From: an uncultured bacterium | GTDB taxonomy: Bacteria; Babelota; Babeliae; Babelales; Babelaceae | DNA length: 64,000 nucleotides | Direction: 5' to 3' | Assembly: GCA_963722385.1 (NCBI GenBank) | Contig: CAVRKK010000001.1 | Span: forward strand, 224,001-288,000 | Notes under the pieces: model-generated | Database searches by the model: none | Told to the model about the DNA's origin: nothing | The model's input: the letters and a program-made list of their open reading frames with translations, nothing else | Program-made: the position numbers and the translations under genes | Shown: positions 19,881 to 30,251 of the stretch, piece by piece | Numbering within the stretch: position 1 is the first letter of the stretch | How the letters are laid out: every line of letters starts with the position of its first letter

Positions 19881-21521
19881 CTACATGCTCTTTGGCATGC
19901 TAATTTTCAAAAGCTTAAAGCAGAGCTCAAGAGTCAAGCGAAGCTGGGCGATCAACAAAAGACGCGCCCTGCTTTTAACGGGATTTGCCGCATCTATAAC
20001 ACGACATTGGCCGTAATATTGATGGAAAAAATGAGCAAGTTCAAGAATATAATAAGTCACTAAATGAATCTGATAATTGGTGCTAATATTGGCGAGCAGC
20101 TCCTTAAGCGAAACAATTTTCTTAAGAAGCAACTTTTCCTCAGAACCAAGGCCCACTATATCCGCATTAGTCAGCCCTTCAAGCTCAGGCAGTTGGGCAG
20201 CCTTTTCGAGAATACTACCCATACGCACGTAGGCATATTGCGCATAATAAACTGGATTTTCATCCGTATGCTTAAGCGCAAGATCAATATCAAACTCTAA
20301 ATGGGCATCTGCCTTGCGATGCAAATAAAAAAATCGCGCAACATCGGTGCCAACAGCCTCAATAACATCCTCAAGCGACACGATACGTCCTGACCTTTTT
20401 GACATCCTGATCTGCTGGCCCGTTTCCTTAAGAGTAACGAGCTGGTACAAAATAACATCCAAGCAAGCTGGTTCATAACCAAGCGCCTCCAATATAGCCT
20501 TAAGGCGAATAACGTAACTGTGATGATCCTGACCAAGCACCATAATAAGCCGATTGGACCCTCGCGTAAGCTTGTTATGAAGATATGCAACATCTGATGC
20601 AGCATACGTAAATTCGCCATCGCTCTTGCGCAACACCCTGTCTTTATCATCCCCAAATTTTGTTGAGGCGAACCATACGGCACCATCAGCTTCGTAGAGA
20701 TACCCGCGCTGGGCCAATAACTCAACCGCAGCCTCAACGGAGAGGCTTTTTTCAGAGAACCATACGTCAAATTCAATACCATATTTTTTCAGTGTCTCTT
20801 TTATATTCTCTAAAAGAGCATTTTTTGCATACTCTTCAAAAAACGTATCGGGCTTATTAAGCGCCCCCACGCCTTCACGCTTGATAAGTAAGGCTGCTAA
20901 GTCATGAAGATACTGCCCCTGATATCCATCCACCGGCAAAGCTGCTTCTTGGCCAGCAACTTGTTGACAACGAGCCTTAAAAGAGGCCCCCAGCTTCTTA
21001 ATTTGCACACCTGCATCATTTATATAGTATTCTTTGGTTACGTTATTGCCCAAAAAGCGCAAGATGTTACCGAGAACGTCACCAATAATTCCGCCCCGGC
21101 CGTGACCCAAATGCAGCGGCCCGGTTGGGTTAGCGCTTACAAATTCGATCGAATATGCAAACCGCGACTGGCACGGGTCAGGCTTAAAGAACTGATCCCC
21201 CAACTCCATCAACTCTTCTAAAATGCTTCTAAAAGCATCAAGAGCAAGAACTATGTTGATAAAGCCAGGACCGGCTACAGAACAACGCTCTATAAGAGGA
21301 TCCTCAATACGAGCAACAAGCTCTTCAGCAAGAACTCGCGGCTGCTTCCCCAGAACCTTGGCCAAAACAAGAGCAGCATTCGTGCTCATATCGCCAAAGC
21401 CACCCTTGGCAGGATCCGCCATTAATGATAAAGTAACCTGAGCTAGAATATCAGGTGTAAGCCCGTAAGCCTGCTGAATTGTGGTAAGAAGGCGCTGCTG
21501 AATAAGCTCAATTGTGTTCAT
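19881..21521 (-). CDS. argS: Arginine--tRNA ligase
   Basis: EFVSANPTGPLHLGHGRG (HIGH), RMSKRSG (KMSKS-like), YYAQYAYVR. Confidence 0.98.
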   Translation of the reverse strand: MNTIELIQQRLLTTIQQAYGLTPDILAQVTLSLMADPAKGGFGDMSTNAALVLAKVLGKQPRVLAEELVARIEDPLIERCSVAGPGFINIVLALDAFRSILEELMELGDQFFKPDPCQSRFAYSIEFVSANPTGPLHLGHGRGGIIGDVLGNILRFLGNNVTKEYYINDAGVQIKKLGASFKARCQQVAGQEAALPVDGYQGQYLHDLAALLIKREGVGALNKPDTFFEEYAKNALLENIKETLKKYGIEFDVWFSEKSLSVEAAVELLAQRGYLYEADGAVWFASTKFGDDKDRVLRKSDGEFTYAASDVAYLHNKLTRGSNRLIMVLGQDHHSYVIRLKAILEALGYEPACLDVILYQLVTLKETGQQIRMSKRSGRIVSLEDVIEAVGTDVARFFYLHRKADAHLEFDIDLALKHTDENPVYYAQYAYVRMGSILEKAAQLPELEGLTNADIVGLGSEEKLLLKKIVSLKELLANISTNYQIHLVTYYILELAHFFHQYYGQCRVIDAANPVKSRARLLLIAQLRLTLELCFKLLKISMPKSM

Positions 21522-21753
21522 AGGTGAAAAATCTCAGATGATGATAAACACACCAAGTATACCAAAGAGTATAAAGAAGAAAAAGATCCCCGCCGCGCGC
21601 ATATCGGTTTTTACTACATGTAGGGAGTACTGTGTAAAATTTATACCGCGGCGAGGAAACCTACAATATCGCCTAGTATAGCAAAATAATCCTTATTGTA
21701 CTATAATTTATTTGATATATATAAACAAACTATAAAATAATTAAGGAATAATC

Positions 21754-22851
21754 ATGCGAATTGCCGCTCTTGTATCTGGCGGCGTCGACAGCTCGGTAGC
21801 CTTGCGCCTTCTGCAACAACAAGGGCATGACGTCACTGCCTTCTATTTAAAAATTTGGCTTGAAGACGAGCTATCATATCTTGGTTCGTGCCCGTGGCAA
21901 GAAGACTTAGATTACGTTCATGCTGTTTGCAAGCAGGCAGGGGTTCCTCTTGAAGTAGTATCTTTTCAACGGGAATACTGGGATGCCGTCGTCTCCTATA
22001 TGATCTCAGAAATAAAAAGCGGTAGAACTCCGAACCCCGACATAATGTGTAACCAGCGTGTCAAGTTCGGTGCTTTTAGCCAAGTCCTTGGTGCTGAATT
22101 TGATAAAATTGCAACAGGCCATTATGCTGCGGTCAAGCAGCACCATAACGATTACCATATGTACTGCTCGCCTGACCCGGTAAAAGATCAAACGTACTTT
22201 TTGTCATATATGAATCAGGCTCAACTTGCACGAGCATTATTTCCGCTGGGCAACCTGAGCAAAAATGACGTTCGCATATTGGCGAATGATATGAACTTAC
22301 CCACAAAGGCAAGAAAAGACAGCCAAGGGATCTGCTTTTTGGGCAAGATTAAATTTAGCGAATTTATACGATTCCATATGGGCGATCAACCAGGGCTATT
22401 ACAAGAATATGAAACACGAAAAACACTGGGCCAGCACCAAGGCTTTTGGTATTATACCATTGGACAACGTCAAAGAATCGGCCTAAGTGGCGGCCCGTGG
22501 TATGTTGTCGCCAAGGATCCAGCAGCAAATATCGTTTACGTGTCTCGCTCGTATTACGACGTGGATAAAAAACGGAGAGAACTGATCGTTCAAGCGGTTA
22601 ACTGGATACCAGAACCGCCCAAACTGCCAGCCCGCTTGTACGTAAAGTTGCGCCATGGCCCCCATCGTCATCAAGCAACCGTGCTTTCCCATGATCAAAG
22701 CGAATACAGTATTATACTCGATGAACACGACCAAGGCATTGCCCCAGGCCAATTTGCTGTCTTCTATGACAATGACCGCTGCTTGGGCGGCGGCGTCATT
22801 GCTGAACTATGCCCAAAAAGAGAGCTGGGCAACGCAATCATTCTTTGCTAG
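21754..22851 (+). CDS. mnmA: tRNA-specific 2-thiouridylase MnmA
   Basis: SGGVDSSVA, TPNPDIMCN, ATGHYA, KDQTYFL, DSQGICF, PGQFAVFY. Confidence 0.98.
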   Translation: MRIAALVSGGVDSSVALRLLQQQGHDVTAFYLKIWLEDELSYLGSCPWQEDLDYVHAVCKQAGVPLEVVSFQREYWDAVVSYMISEIKSGRTPNPDIMCNQRVKFGAFSQVLGAEFDKIATGHYAAVKQHHNDYHMYCSPDPVKDQTYFLSYMNQAQLARALFPLGNLSKNDVRILANDMNLPTKARKDSQGICFLGKIKFSEFIRFHMGDQPGLLQEYETRKTLGQHQGFWYYTIGQRQRIGLSGGPWYVVAKDPAANIVYVSRSYYDVDKKRRELIVQAVNWIPEPPKLPARLYVKLRHGPHRHQATVLSHDQSEYSIILDEHDQGIAPGQFAVFYDNDRCLGGGVIAELCPKRELGNAIILC

Positions 22852-22861
22852 TATAAACAAT

Positions 22862-23503
22862 ATGGCATTCACAACAAGGGTGGGTATGATACGGGATAGA
22901 GTAAAACGGGAACTGGCCAACAGGTTAACACTGGCGATATTATTAACGCTTTCACGCATCTGCTTAATCCCATTTGTTATACTTTCTATTATGCTGCACG
23001 CATGGAACGCCGCTTTATGCCTATTTGTCATCGCTGCCATTACTGATATTTTAGATGGGGCATGTGCGCGCCTTTTTGATGAACAAACGATTACCGGTGC
23101 ACTTCTTGACCCTATAGCAGATAAATTACTTATCCTTTCGTGTTACGGGGCACTCGCATGCAGCAATTTACCCGCTTATATAGCACCATCATGGCTCGTA
23201 TTTGTTATTTTTTTAAAAGAAATTGCACTTATGGTGGGTGCGATCTGGCTTGCTAAAACGCAATCATCTTATGCCGTGCGCCCGAGTTTGCTTGGCAAAG
23301 CAGCTATGCTCGCACAAACAATAAGCGTTTTTTGGCTCTTGTTAATACTATTTACCGGAAATATTTCACCAACCACGTTACTTTTTTTGCATCAATGCGT
23401 TTTATTTCTTATACTTGCATCTTTTGTACATTATGTTTATAAAGCCCTTAAAGGAACTCGCCTATGGTACTCTCTCAAAAAGTCGCTCTATTCTTACTTC
23501 TAA
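22862..23503 (+). CDS. CDP-alcohol phosphatidyltransferase (PgsA family)
   Basis: TDILDGACAR...GALLDPIADK signature, multiple TMs; start moved downstream of the mnmA stop (exact start uncertain). Confidence 0.88.
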   Translation: MAFTTRVGMIRDRVKRELANRLTLAILLTLSRICLIPFVILSIMLHAWNAALCLFVIAAITDILDGACARLFDEQTITGALLDPIADKLLILSCYGALACSNLPAYIAPSWLVFVIFLKEIALMVGAIWLAKTQSSYAVRPSLLGKAAMLAQTISVFWLLLILFTGNISPTTLLFLHQCVLFLILASFVHYVYKALKGTRLWYSLKKSLYSYF

Positions 23504-23886
23504 TAGGCAGCGTATACCACTGCTCATCTGAGCCAGCACCATCTGAGACAAGCTTTTTGATCGAAAAGCCTACCTCGAAAAATATGCGCCTTTCGCCCTC
23601 ACAAGCAAGACGTGAAGCGATCGGACTTTGCGAATCCCTTGGCCATACGCTGACCAAAGAAATAAAAGCGTTAACCGAACTTTTAGACGATGTCATGCTT
23701 GCGGTCCGCGACCTTGTTGAAGGAAATGCAGAAACAGCAAGCATGAAACTCCTGCGCAAGGACAAGCAGGGTGTGCTCAATACGCTGCAAATACAACATA
23801 AATCTGCAAAAAAGCGCATCGATGAAATCCAGGAGTGCAGACACTGGCTAACGCAGATACCAAATCAGGAAAAATCAAAGCCGTAA
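23464..23886 (+). CDS. Hypothetical exported or membrane-anchored protein
   Basis: Hydrophobic N-terminus, AAGGAA SD, fills the gap between the pgsA-family gene and ssb. Confidence 0.65.
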   Translation: MVLSQKVALFLLLIGSVYHCSSEPAPSETSFLIEKPTSKNMRLSPSQARREAIGLCESLGHTLTKEIKALTELLDDVMLAVRDLVEGNAETASMKLLRKDKQGVLNTLQIQHKSAKKRIDEIQECRHWLTQIPNQEKSKP

Positions 23887-23931
23887 TAATTTTCAATCTT
23901 TTACTTATAGCTTTTTAAGAAAGGGGCACCT

Positions 23932-24423
23932 GTGGCCAATTATAATCGTATTATCATGGTCGGCAATTTAACGCGAGACCCTGAGCTCAAGCAACTCCAA
24001 ACAGGACAATCTGTTTGCAAGCTCAACCTCGCCTCTAACAGAAAATACAAATCAAAAACAGGCGCTATAACCCAAGAGGTCTGCTTTATTGAGGTTGATG
24101 TATGGGGACCGGTTGCTGAAAGCTGTAACCAGCATTTGCGCAAAGGAAAGCCCGTTCTGGTTGAGGGACGACTAAAGCAAGATACTTGGAAAGAAACTGA
24201 TGGGCAAACCCGCAGTAAGCATGTGATTGTGGCCGATAGCGTCGTATTTCTCGGCTCATCACCAGCAGCGGAAACAGGCAGTGAAATAAGCGAAGAAACT
24301 ACCGAATTTCCGCCTGCAGCACCATCACGTCGCACCGCCCAACCAAAAGCAGACTCCCCCGTCGTCGGCGGCTCAGCTCTCTTTAAAGACGAGCCACCTT
24401 TTGAAGACGAATTGCCTTTCTAA
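23932..24423 (+). CDS. ssb: Single-stranded DNA-binding protein
   Basis: NRIIMVGNLTRDPEL, VLVEGRL, acidic tail EDELPF. Confidence 0.97.
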   Translation: MANYNRIIMVGNLTRDPELKQLQTGQSVCKLNLASNRKYKSKTGAITQEVCFIEVDVWGPVAESCNQHLRKGKPVLVEGRLKQDTWKETDGQTRSKHVIVADSVVFLGSSPAAETGSEISEETTEFPPAAPSRRTAQPKADSPVVGGSALFKDEPPFEDELPF

Positions 24424-24430
24424 AATATCT

Positions 24431-24456
24431 AAGGGAGAGGTTGAATCCTCTCCCTT
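24431..24456. terminator. Hairpin between convergent ssb and antitoxin genes
   Basis: 10-bp stem AAGGGAGAGG/CCTCTCCCTT. Confidence 0.65.
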
Positions 24457-24466
24457 GCAGCGCACT

Positions 24467-24853
24467 CTATCGAGACAGTTTACTTCTCTCCATTTCGGTT
24501 TTAGGAAGAGCAACGTAAAGTCTTGCTTTCCGCCTTAAGGACTTCCTCGGCTTTACACTAATGGTAATATCTTGCCCAAGGTCATTCAAAAAGCGAAAGA
24601 GCCTTTCCAGGGAAAAGCCTGTTAATTTCCCATTCATAAGGGCCGAGATTTTTGGTTGGTCGATATTAAGAAGCTTAGCAGCGCTTCTTTGGGTGAGCTT
24701 TTTTCGCGCTATAATGTCGTTAATTTGTAGAGCTAGCTGAGATTTGGCAAGTGCTTCTTCAGGCTGAGCAATACCAAGGTCAGCAAAAACATTTCCGCTA
24801 CTGATCTCATATTCTAAAGTTAAGGAGTCTTTCTTTTGAACTTTATTTTTCAT
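24467..24853 (-). CDS. XRE-family HTH antitoxin (HigA-like)
   Basis: SSGNVFADLG, LTQRSAAKLLNIDQPKISALMNGKL.GFSLERL; follows a RelE-type toxin. Confidence 0.9.
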   Translation of the reverse strand: MKNKVQKKDSLTLEYEISSGNVFADLGIAQPEEALAKSQLALQINDIIARKKLTQRSAAKLLNIDQPKISALMNGKLTGFSLERLFRFLNDLGQDITISVKPRKSLRRKARLYVALPKTEMERSKLSR

Positions 24854-24862
24854 AATGGTTCC

Positions 24863-25220
24863 TTATCTGCTATTTAGCTGAGATATGGCGTAAGCAGTTT
24901 TCAATCGAGCCTTTATCAAGCTCATATCTTCTTTTGGCGTTTTAATGCCATGCTTCGATTTCTTTTGAAATGCATGAAGCACGTAAAGCGCGTCATCATA
25001 CCGAACCGTATACACGGTTCGGTAGGTTCCTGAATCATCCATCTCGATTATTTCCATCATATGGGCTCCACCAAAATTTTTAAGCACCTTTATGTTGCTC
25101 TTCGTTTTTCCCGTGTTGTGCTGCATGCAAGGCGTGACCCATAGATCTTTGAATCTCATCAGGAAATTCTTTTAGATCTTTTTTACTCGAACCGATCCAC
25201 ACTAACTTTTTCAATGCCAT
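24863..25220 (-). pseudogene. RelE/HigB (Gp49-like) toxin, frameshifted
   Basis: ATG at 25220 reads MALKKLVWIGSSKKDLKEFPDEIQRSMGHALHAAQHGK; one extra A in GGGAAAAAC shifts away from the frame encoding KNFGGAHMMEI...YVLHAFQKKSKHGIKTP. Confidence 0.85.
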
Positions 25221-25238
25221 TTTACCCTCTTAGTTAAT

Positions 25239-25254
25239 ATGCCAGATCTGGTAT
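25239..25254 (-). promoter_or_regulatory. Palindromic operator in the toxin-antitoxin promoter
   Basis: ATGCCAGATCTGGTAT near-palindrome lying between minus-strand TTGACG and a -10-like CATATT. Confidence 0.6.
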
Positions 25255-25456
25255 CGCTCGTCAACATTTGTCAACGCTGGACATATTTAGGTAGCTATTT
25301 AAGCTATTCATAGCTAGTAAACTATGAGCAAGCAAGGCATAAAGTGACGCAGAATTTGCGCTCTTTTAAGCCCATGTTATGCTTAATATATGAAATTTTA
25401 GATCTTTTTCTGGGCTTACCAGCACGAAGATTTCATCAAGCTACCGGGAGCAAGCC

Positions 25457-26695
25457 ATGATTGACCTTAACCTGTTACGTGATAGGCCAGAACAAACTAT
25501 TAAAGAGATCAAAAGAAAAGACCCTCATTTTGATGCTGAAAATCTTTTAGAACTTGACAAACGCCTCCGGGCGCTTAGGCAACAAGTTGAATCCCTGCGT
25601 GCCGAAAAAAATGAGCTCGCGCGGCACGCACAAAAAGGCGTCACGGAAGATATTCGCTCTCGCTCGCGATCACTTGATACTATTTTAAAAGATGCTGAAG
25701 TCGAGCTTAAAGTTGTTGAGATTCAATTTAACTCACTCTACCTTTTTTGTCCCAATATTCCGGCAGCTGACCTACCAGATGGTGGCAAAGAAGCAAACCG
25801 CACCATAAGGGTCCATGGCAAGCGCCCCACCTTTGACTTTATACCAAAAAACCACGTCGAGCTTGGCACTGCTGCGGGGTGGCTCGATTTTGAAACAGCC
25901 GCACGCATGACCGGTTCCCATTTTGCTCTCTATAAAGGGCAAGGAGTCCAGCTCCTTTATGCACTCGCGCTGATGATGCTTAACCATAATCGGGCACATG
26001 GGTACCACTTTGTGTTGCCGCCGGCGCTGATTAATGAGCACGCAATCGAAGGAGCAAGCAACTTTCCGCGCTTTAGGCAAGATGTCTACGCAATTGAAGC
26101 TGACGGGCTCTACCTCACCCCCACATCTGAAGTAAACCTGGCAAACATGTACCGCGATCAGATTCTCTCAGAACAAGAGCTACCACTACGCATGACGTCC
26201 TGGACAAGCTGCTTCAGGCGTGAAGCAGGAGGGTACGGCTCGACAGAACGCGGGCTCATACGGATACACCAGTTTGAAAAAGTCGAACTCTACACCCTTT
26301 GCTTGCCAGAAGAAGCAGAGCATGAACAAGAACGGATGCTGGCCTGCGCCGAAGAATTGCTCCAAAAACTTGGCTTACATTACCGCGTCGTCCTGCTAGC
26401 CGCCCAAGATTGCTCATTCGCGTCGGCAAAAACCTATGACATCGAAGTCTGGATGCCCGGCCAAGGAGAGTATAAAGAAGTTTCTTCAATCAGCAACTGT
26501 ACCGATTTCCAAGCACGACGCTGCTCAATACGCTATCGCCAAGAGGGTCAACAGAAACCACATCTCGTTTACACCCTCAATGCTTCGTCGCTCGCTTTGC
26601 CACGGGTCATGGTCGCTCTGCTAGAAACGTATCAAACAAGCGAAGGCTCTATTGTACTGCCAGATATACTGAGATCATTAACGTGGGCATTTTGA
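25457..26695 (+). CDS. serS: Serine--tRNA ligase
   Basis: LTPTSEV, CFRREAG, GLIRIHQFEKVE, KTYDIEVW, SNCTDFQARR. Confidence 0.98.
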   Translation: MIDLNLLRDRPEQTIKEIKRKDPHFDAENLLELDKRLRALRQQVESLRAEKNELARHAQKGVTEDIRSRSRSLDTILKDAEVELKVVEIQFNSLYLFCPNIPAADLPDGGKEANRTIRVHGKRPTFDFIPKNHVELGTAAGWLDFETAARMTGSHFALYKGQGVQLLYALALMMLNHNRAHGYHFVLPPALINEHAIEGASNFPRFRQDVYAIEADGLYLTPTSEVNLANMYRDQILSEQELPLRMTSWTSCFRREAGGYGSTERGLIRIHQFEKVELYTLCLPEEAEHEQERMLACAEELLQKLGLHYRVVLLAAQDCSFASAKTYDIEVWMPGQGEYKEVSSISNCTDFQARRCSIRYRQEGQQKPHLVYTLNASSLALPRVMVALLETYQTSEGSIVLPDILRSLTWAF

Positions 26696-27011
26696 TTAAC
26701 AGAAGCACCTTTTACTAAAATAAAAACTCGCTTGCCCCGCATGGAGGCCCTTATAAGCAATTTATCAACCGCCCCTCTTGACACGTTTGGTAAACTTATA
26801 ATATACCCTTTTTTACGAGGACCACATAAATTTACCATAGCAAGCAAGAGGAGGCTTTAATTTTCTCCCTTTTTCTTTTCAGGTAGTGACTGGAAATTAA
26901 CACCTGAAAAGAGCCAAAAGAGTAAGCGCAGGCCATTATACTAATACTATCAACCCTCAGGAGAAGGCATTATGAACGAATAGATAGGTTATTTTTAAGG
27001 AGATTGCGTTT

Positions 27012-27473
27012 ATGGCAAAGCACGTTGGAGTCAAGCTTCCCGATGATTTGCTCCCGATACTAAAATCTGAAAAAACCGTTGCTGTCCTGGCCACCTTTTC
27101 GGAAAAAGAGCTTCCCCATACCACCCCGATTCAATGGGTCTATCCCAAGGGTGTTGACAGCATTTTGATAACAATTCATAAAGATCACGAAGGTTATCAC
27201 AACATGGTTTGGCAAAAGAAAGTCATGTTATGCTTTCTTGATGGGCATGATACCGCTTATAGCGTGCTTGGGCGCGCTGGCGTTGTTCGGGCGCCTTCAT
27301 TGGTACATCCTCTTATGAATGTCGTGCGACTCGATATTATCGACGTCAAATGCGATCGATCGCCAATAAGTCGTATTGATCAGGGCGTTCGCTGGAACTA
27401 TACCTCCGCTGAGGCTGAAGAGCTTGGAACGGCACTGATGGACGAGCTTAAAGAGCTTGCGCAAACACTTTAA
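27012..27473 (+). CDS. Pyridoxamine 5'-phosphate oxidase-like (split-barrel) protein
   Basis: VAVLATFSEKELPHTTPI N-terminal pattern and length; AAGGAG SD. Confidence 0.6.
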   Translation: MAKHVGVKLPDDLLPILKSEKTVAVLATFSEKELPHTTPIQWVYPKGVDSILITIHKDHEGYHNMVWQKKVMLCFLDGHDTAYSVLGRAGVVRAPSLVHPLMNVVRLDIIDVKCDRSPISRIDQGVRWNYTSAEAEELGTALMDELKELAQTL

Positions 27474-27498
27474 CCCGCGCGCTAAAGGGGCATTTACG

Positions 27499-28524
27499 AT
27501 GAACAAATCGATCAAAAAATCCCTATCACGCTGCATTATCAGCGCAAGCTTTTTATGGGTGATGCGCGGCGAGGGTCAACAGGCTGTTGGTGAAAAATGG
27601 CAACCTGTTGTACCTTCACATGCACCAGCATCGCCTGGTGCGCGGTTCGATGAAACACGCGGCAACTGGTATTATAAACGCGAATATTACCGGAAAGCGC
27701 GCCAGCTCAACGAAGCCATACATCACAAAATTAACGAGCTAGCTGAACTTAAAAACTCGCTTTTTAAAAAGCGAACGGCAAGCGATAAAGCAGTGGCTGA
27801 CTTTAATAACACATTGGGCTTCGAAGAAGGGGAGCTCGATGAGGTTCTTAAAGAGCTTGCCGTTCAGCTATCGCAAGAACGAGAAGAGATGATTGAGCTC
27901 ACCGAAGAAGAGCGAAAGATCGATCAAGAGCTCAAAGAAAAAAGAAATGCCCTTGAGCAACTCAAAACAGATATGACCACCGTTGGCGAGCTCGATCAAG
28001 CACTTGATAAAAGTATGGGCCTCGTGCTTGAAAATATCAGCAAAGCCCGCTCATATGAGGAAAAAGCCTGGAAAGATTATAATGGGATTAGCCAAACGTT
28101 AAGCGATCGAAAAGCTGAACAGCTTTATCTCAATATGCAAACGTATATGAAAAATATCGAGAATATTAGTCAGTACCTTACGGGCCTACTTTCGAATTTT
28201 ATTAATACGAAGACTCATGAACTCTCAAGCCTCATGGATAAGATCCGCCGAGAGGTCGAGCGGCTCCGGGCAAAAGGAATCGAGCTTTCAAAAAAAATCG
28301 CCACAGAAAAGAAAGCTGATATGGAGCGTAAAGCTGCTGAGCTTAAGAGAAAGATGCAAGAAGAAGAGGAAGCACGCAAAAAAAGAGAAGCAAACGTGCC
28401 CTGGTGGCAGCGCTTAAGAGCTTCAGTCAGCTCGGCTTTCCAAAAGCTCTTTGGCAAAAAGAAAGAAGCTACGCCAAAAGAAACGCCCAAAAAAGCCACA
28501 AAACCAGTTGCTAAGACGCCTTAA
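27499..28524 (+). CDS. Exported long coiled-coil protein
   Basis: Signal-like N-terminus from ATG 27499, heptad-rich body, amphipathic WWQRLRASVSSAFQKLF, Lys/Pro-rich tail. Confidence 0.75.
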   Translation: MNKSIKKSLSRCIISASFLWVMRGEGQQAVGEKWQPVVPSHAPASPGARFDETRGNWYYKREYYRKARQLNEAIHHKINELAELKNSLFKKRTASDKAVADFNNTLGFEEGELDEVLKELAVQLSQEREEMIELTEEERKIDQELKEKRNALEQLKTDMTTVGELDQALDKSMGLVLENISKARSYEEKAWKDYNGISQTLSDRKAEQLYLNMQTYMKNIENISQYLTGLLSNFINTKTHELSSLMDKIRREVERLRAKGIELSKKIATEKKADMERKAAELKRKMQEEEEARKKREANVPWWQRLRASVSSAFQKLFGKKKEATPKETPKKATKPVAKTP

Positions 28525-28593
28525 ATTTGCTAATTTTAGAATACGTGGCTTGAAAAAGCCCAATCCCTCCTTTCTATTTTTAAGATGCCATAA

Positions 28594-28679
28594 GCGGAAG
28601 TGGTGGAATGGCAGACACGCAGCTTTGAGGGGGCTGTGGAGGAAACTCCGTGGGGGTTCAAGTCCCTTCTTCCGCACCA
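28594..28679 (+). tRNA. tRNA-Leu(GAG)
   Basis: GCGGAAG/CTTCCGC acceptor stem, anticodon arm CAGCT-TTGAGGG-GGCTG, long variable arm, GGTTCAA T-loop, encoded CCA. Confidence 0.97.
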
Positions 28680-28697
28680 AAATAAAAAGGGCAGGTA

Positions 28698-30248
28698 ATG
28701 CAATTATCGCTGCGACGGTTTCTTTTTTCCGGTCTATCTCTCTGGTTTGTCGTCACCATCATCGGTATTTATTTTTTGGCTGACTTAAGAAAGCGCATAA
28801 ATTTTGGGGTTGACCTTGTAGGTGGCACCTACATAACCCTTGAAGTACAGCTCGATAAAGCGATCGAAACAGAGATTGCCCAAAGAGCCCAATCGCTGGC
28901 TGATACATTAAAGAAAAACGGCTTTGAGCCTGTCTCTGTCACCGCTGAAAAGGAAGCAGGATATTTAAATTTTAGCGATGAAGAAGCTGCTCGCAAAGCT
29001 GAAGATTTTCTTGTTGCCCAAGATATACGCGTACCAACTGTCCGCGAGAACAAACGGTTGAAGGTCAGCTTCACCGCAGAAGAAATCAAACGACTCAAGA
29101 ACGAAGCGATTGAGGGCAACATCAGCGTGCTTGAAAGGCGCTTAAACCCTTATGGCGCTGGCGAGATTTCCATTGTACGCCAGGGAGATAAAAATATCGC
29201 CATAGAACTGCCCAATGTTCACGATATACGGCAAGCAAAAACAATGATTGGCAAAACAGCTTTATTAGAAATTAAGCTCGTCGAGGACATGGCAGACAGC
29301 CGGGACGCTTTGCTCAAAAAATATGGGGGCCAAATCCCTGAAGGAAAGGTAATAGCACAAAGCAAGGGGCGCGGCGAACGGGTAGCATTTTTCTTGTTGC
29401 CCCAGTACACTGATTTAACAGGACGCCTCTTAAAAGACGCTTATAGCGATGTTGGCGGTGATTTTGGGGGACAACATGTTATTAAGTTTGCGTTTAAGCC
29501 AGAAGGTGCTGACAAGTTTTATGATTTGACCAGCGCTAATCTCGGTCGGCATATAGCAATCTTGATCGATAACGTCGTCATTACAGCACCGGTTGTGCAA
29601 TCAGCTATCGGCTCAGAAGGCCAAATTACGGGCTTTGCAACTCCCCAGGAAGCTCAAGAAGTTGCAGCCCTCTTGAAATCGGGCGCCTTCGTTGCACCCG
29701 TAACGTTTGAACAAGAGCGACACATAGGCCCTTCTTTGGGATACGAATCGATTCGCAATGGTCTTGGCGCGTGCCTTGTTGGCCTACTTGCCCTCTTGAT
29801 CTTCGCGATTATTATTTATAAAGTTGCCGGATTTTTTGCGTTTATCGTGCTGCTCTATAACATTCTGTTGATCTTGTTCGCGCTGGCATTCTTGCGCGCG
29901 ACGCTCACCCTGCCAGGTATCGCGGGTATGCTTTTGACCATTGGTATGGCGATTGATGCCTCGATTTTGATCTTTGAGCGGATCCGAGAAGAGCTGGCAG
30001 CAGGAGCAACGTTCAAAAAGGCCGTTGACGCAGGCTTTTCCGGAGCGTTAGGAGTTATATTAGACGCAAACATTACGCACTTTTTGGTCGCATTAGTGCT
30101 TTATTACTTTGGAGCAGGGCCTATTCGAGGCTTTGCGATCACTATGATCATTGGTATTATATCAACATTGCTCACCGGTATTCTTCTGCTGAGATCGATC
30201 TTCAATTTTGTTATCGACGGCCTTGGCGTATCAAAGATAAAAATTTAA
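28698..30248 (+). CDS. secD: Protein translocase subunit SecD
   Basis: GVDLVGG, IGPSLG, TLTLPGIAG..LTIGMAIDA..LIFERIREE, GPIRGFA. Confidence 0.97.
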   Translation: MQLSLRRFLFSGLSLWFVVTIIGIYFLADLRKRINFGVDLVGGTYITLEVQLDKAIETEIAQRAQSLADTLKKNGFEPVSVTAEKEAGYLNFSDEEAARKAEDFLVAQDIRVPTVRENKRLKVSFTAEEIKRLKNEAIEGNISVLERRLNPYGAGEISIVRQGDKNIAIELPNVHDIRQAKTMIGKTALLEIKLVEDMADSRDALLKKYGGQIPEGKVIAQSKGRGERVAFFLLPQYTDLTGRLLKDAYSDVGGDFGGQHVIKFAFKPEGADKFYDLTSANLGRHIAILIDNVVITAPVVQSAIGSEGQITGFATPQEAQEVAALLKSGAFVAPVTFEQERHIGPSLGYESIRNGLGACLVGLLALLIFAIIIYKVAGFFAFIVLLYNILLILFALAFLRATLTLPGIAGMLLTIGMAIDASILIFERIREELAAGATFKKAVDAGFSGALGVILDANITHFLVALVLYYFGAGPIRGFAITMIIGIISTLLTGILLLRSIFNFVIDGLGVSKIKI

Positions 30249-30251
30249 GAA

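Noticed and set aside
22655..22861. N-terminal extension of the PgsA-family ORF
   Set aside because: Overlaps mnmA by about 200 bp; family similarity starts after the mnmA stop
25100..25115. Programmed -1 frameshift in the toxin gene
   Set aside because: Repair needs +1, not -1, and GGGAAAA is not in X_XXY_YYZ phase
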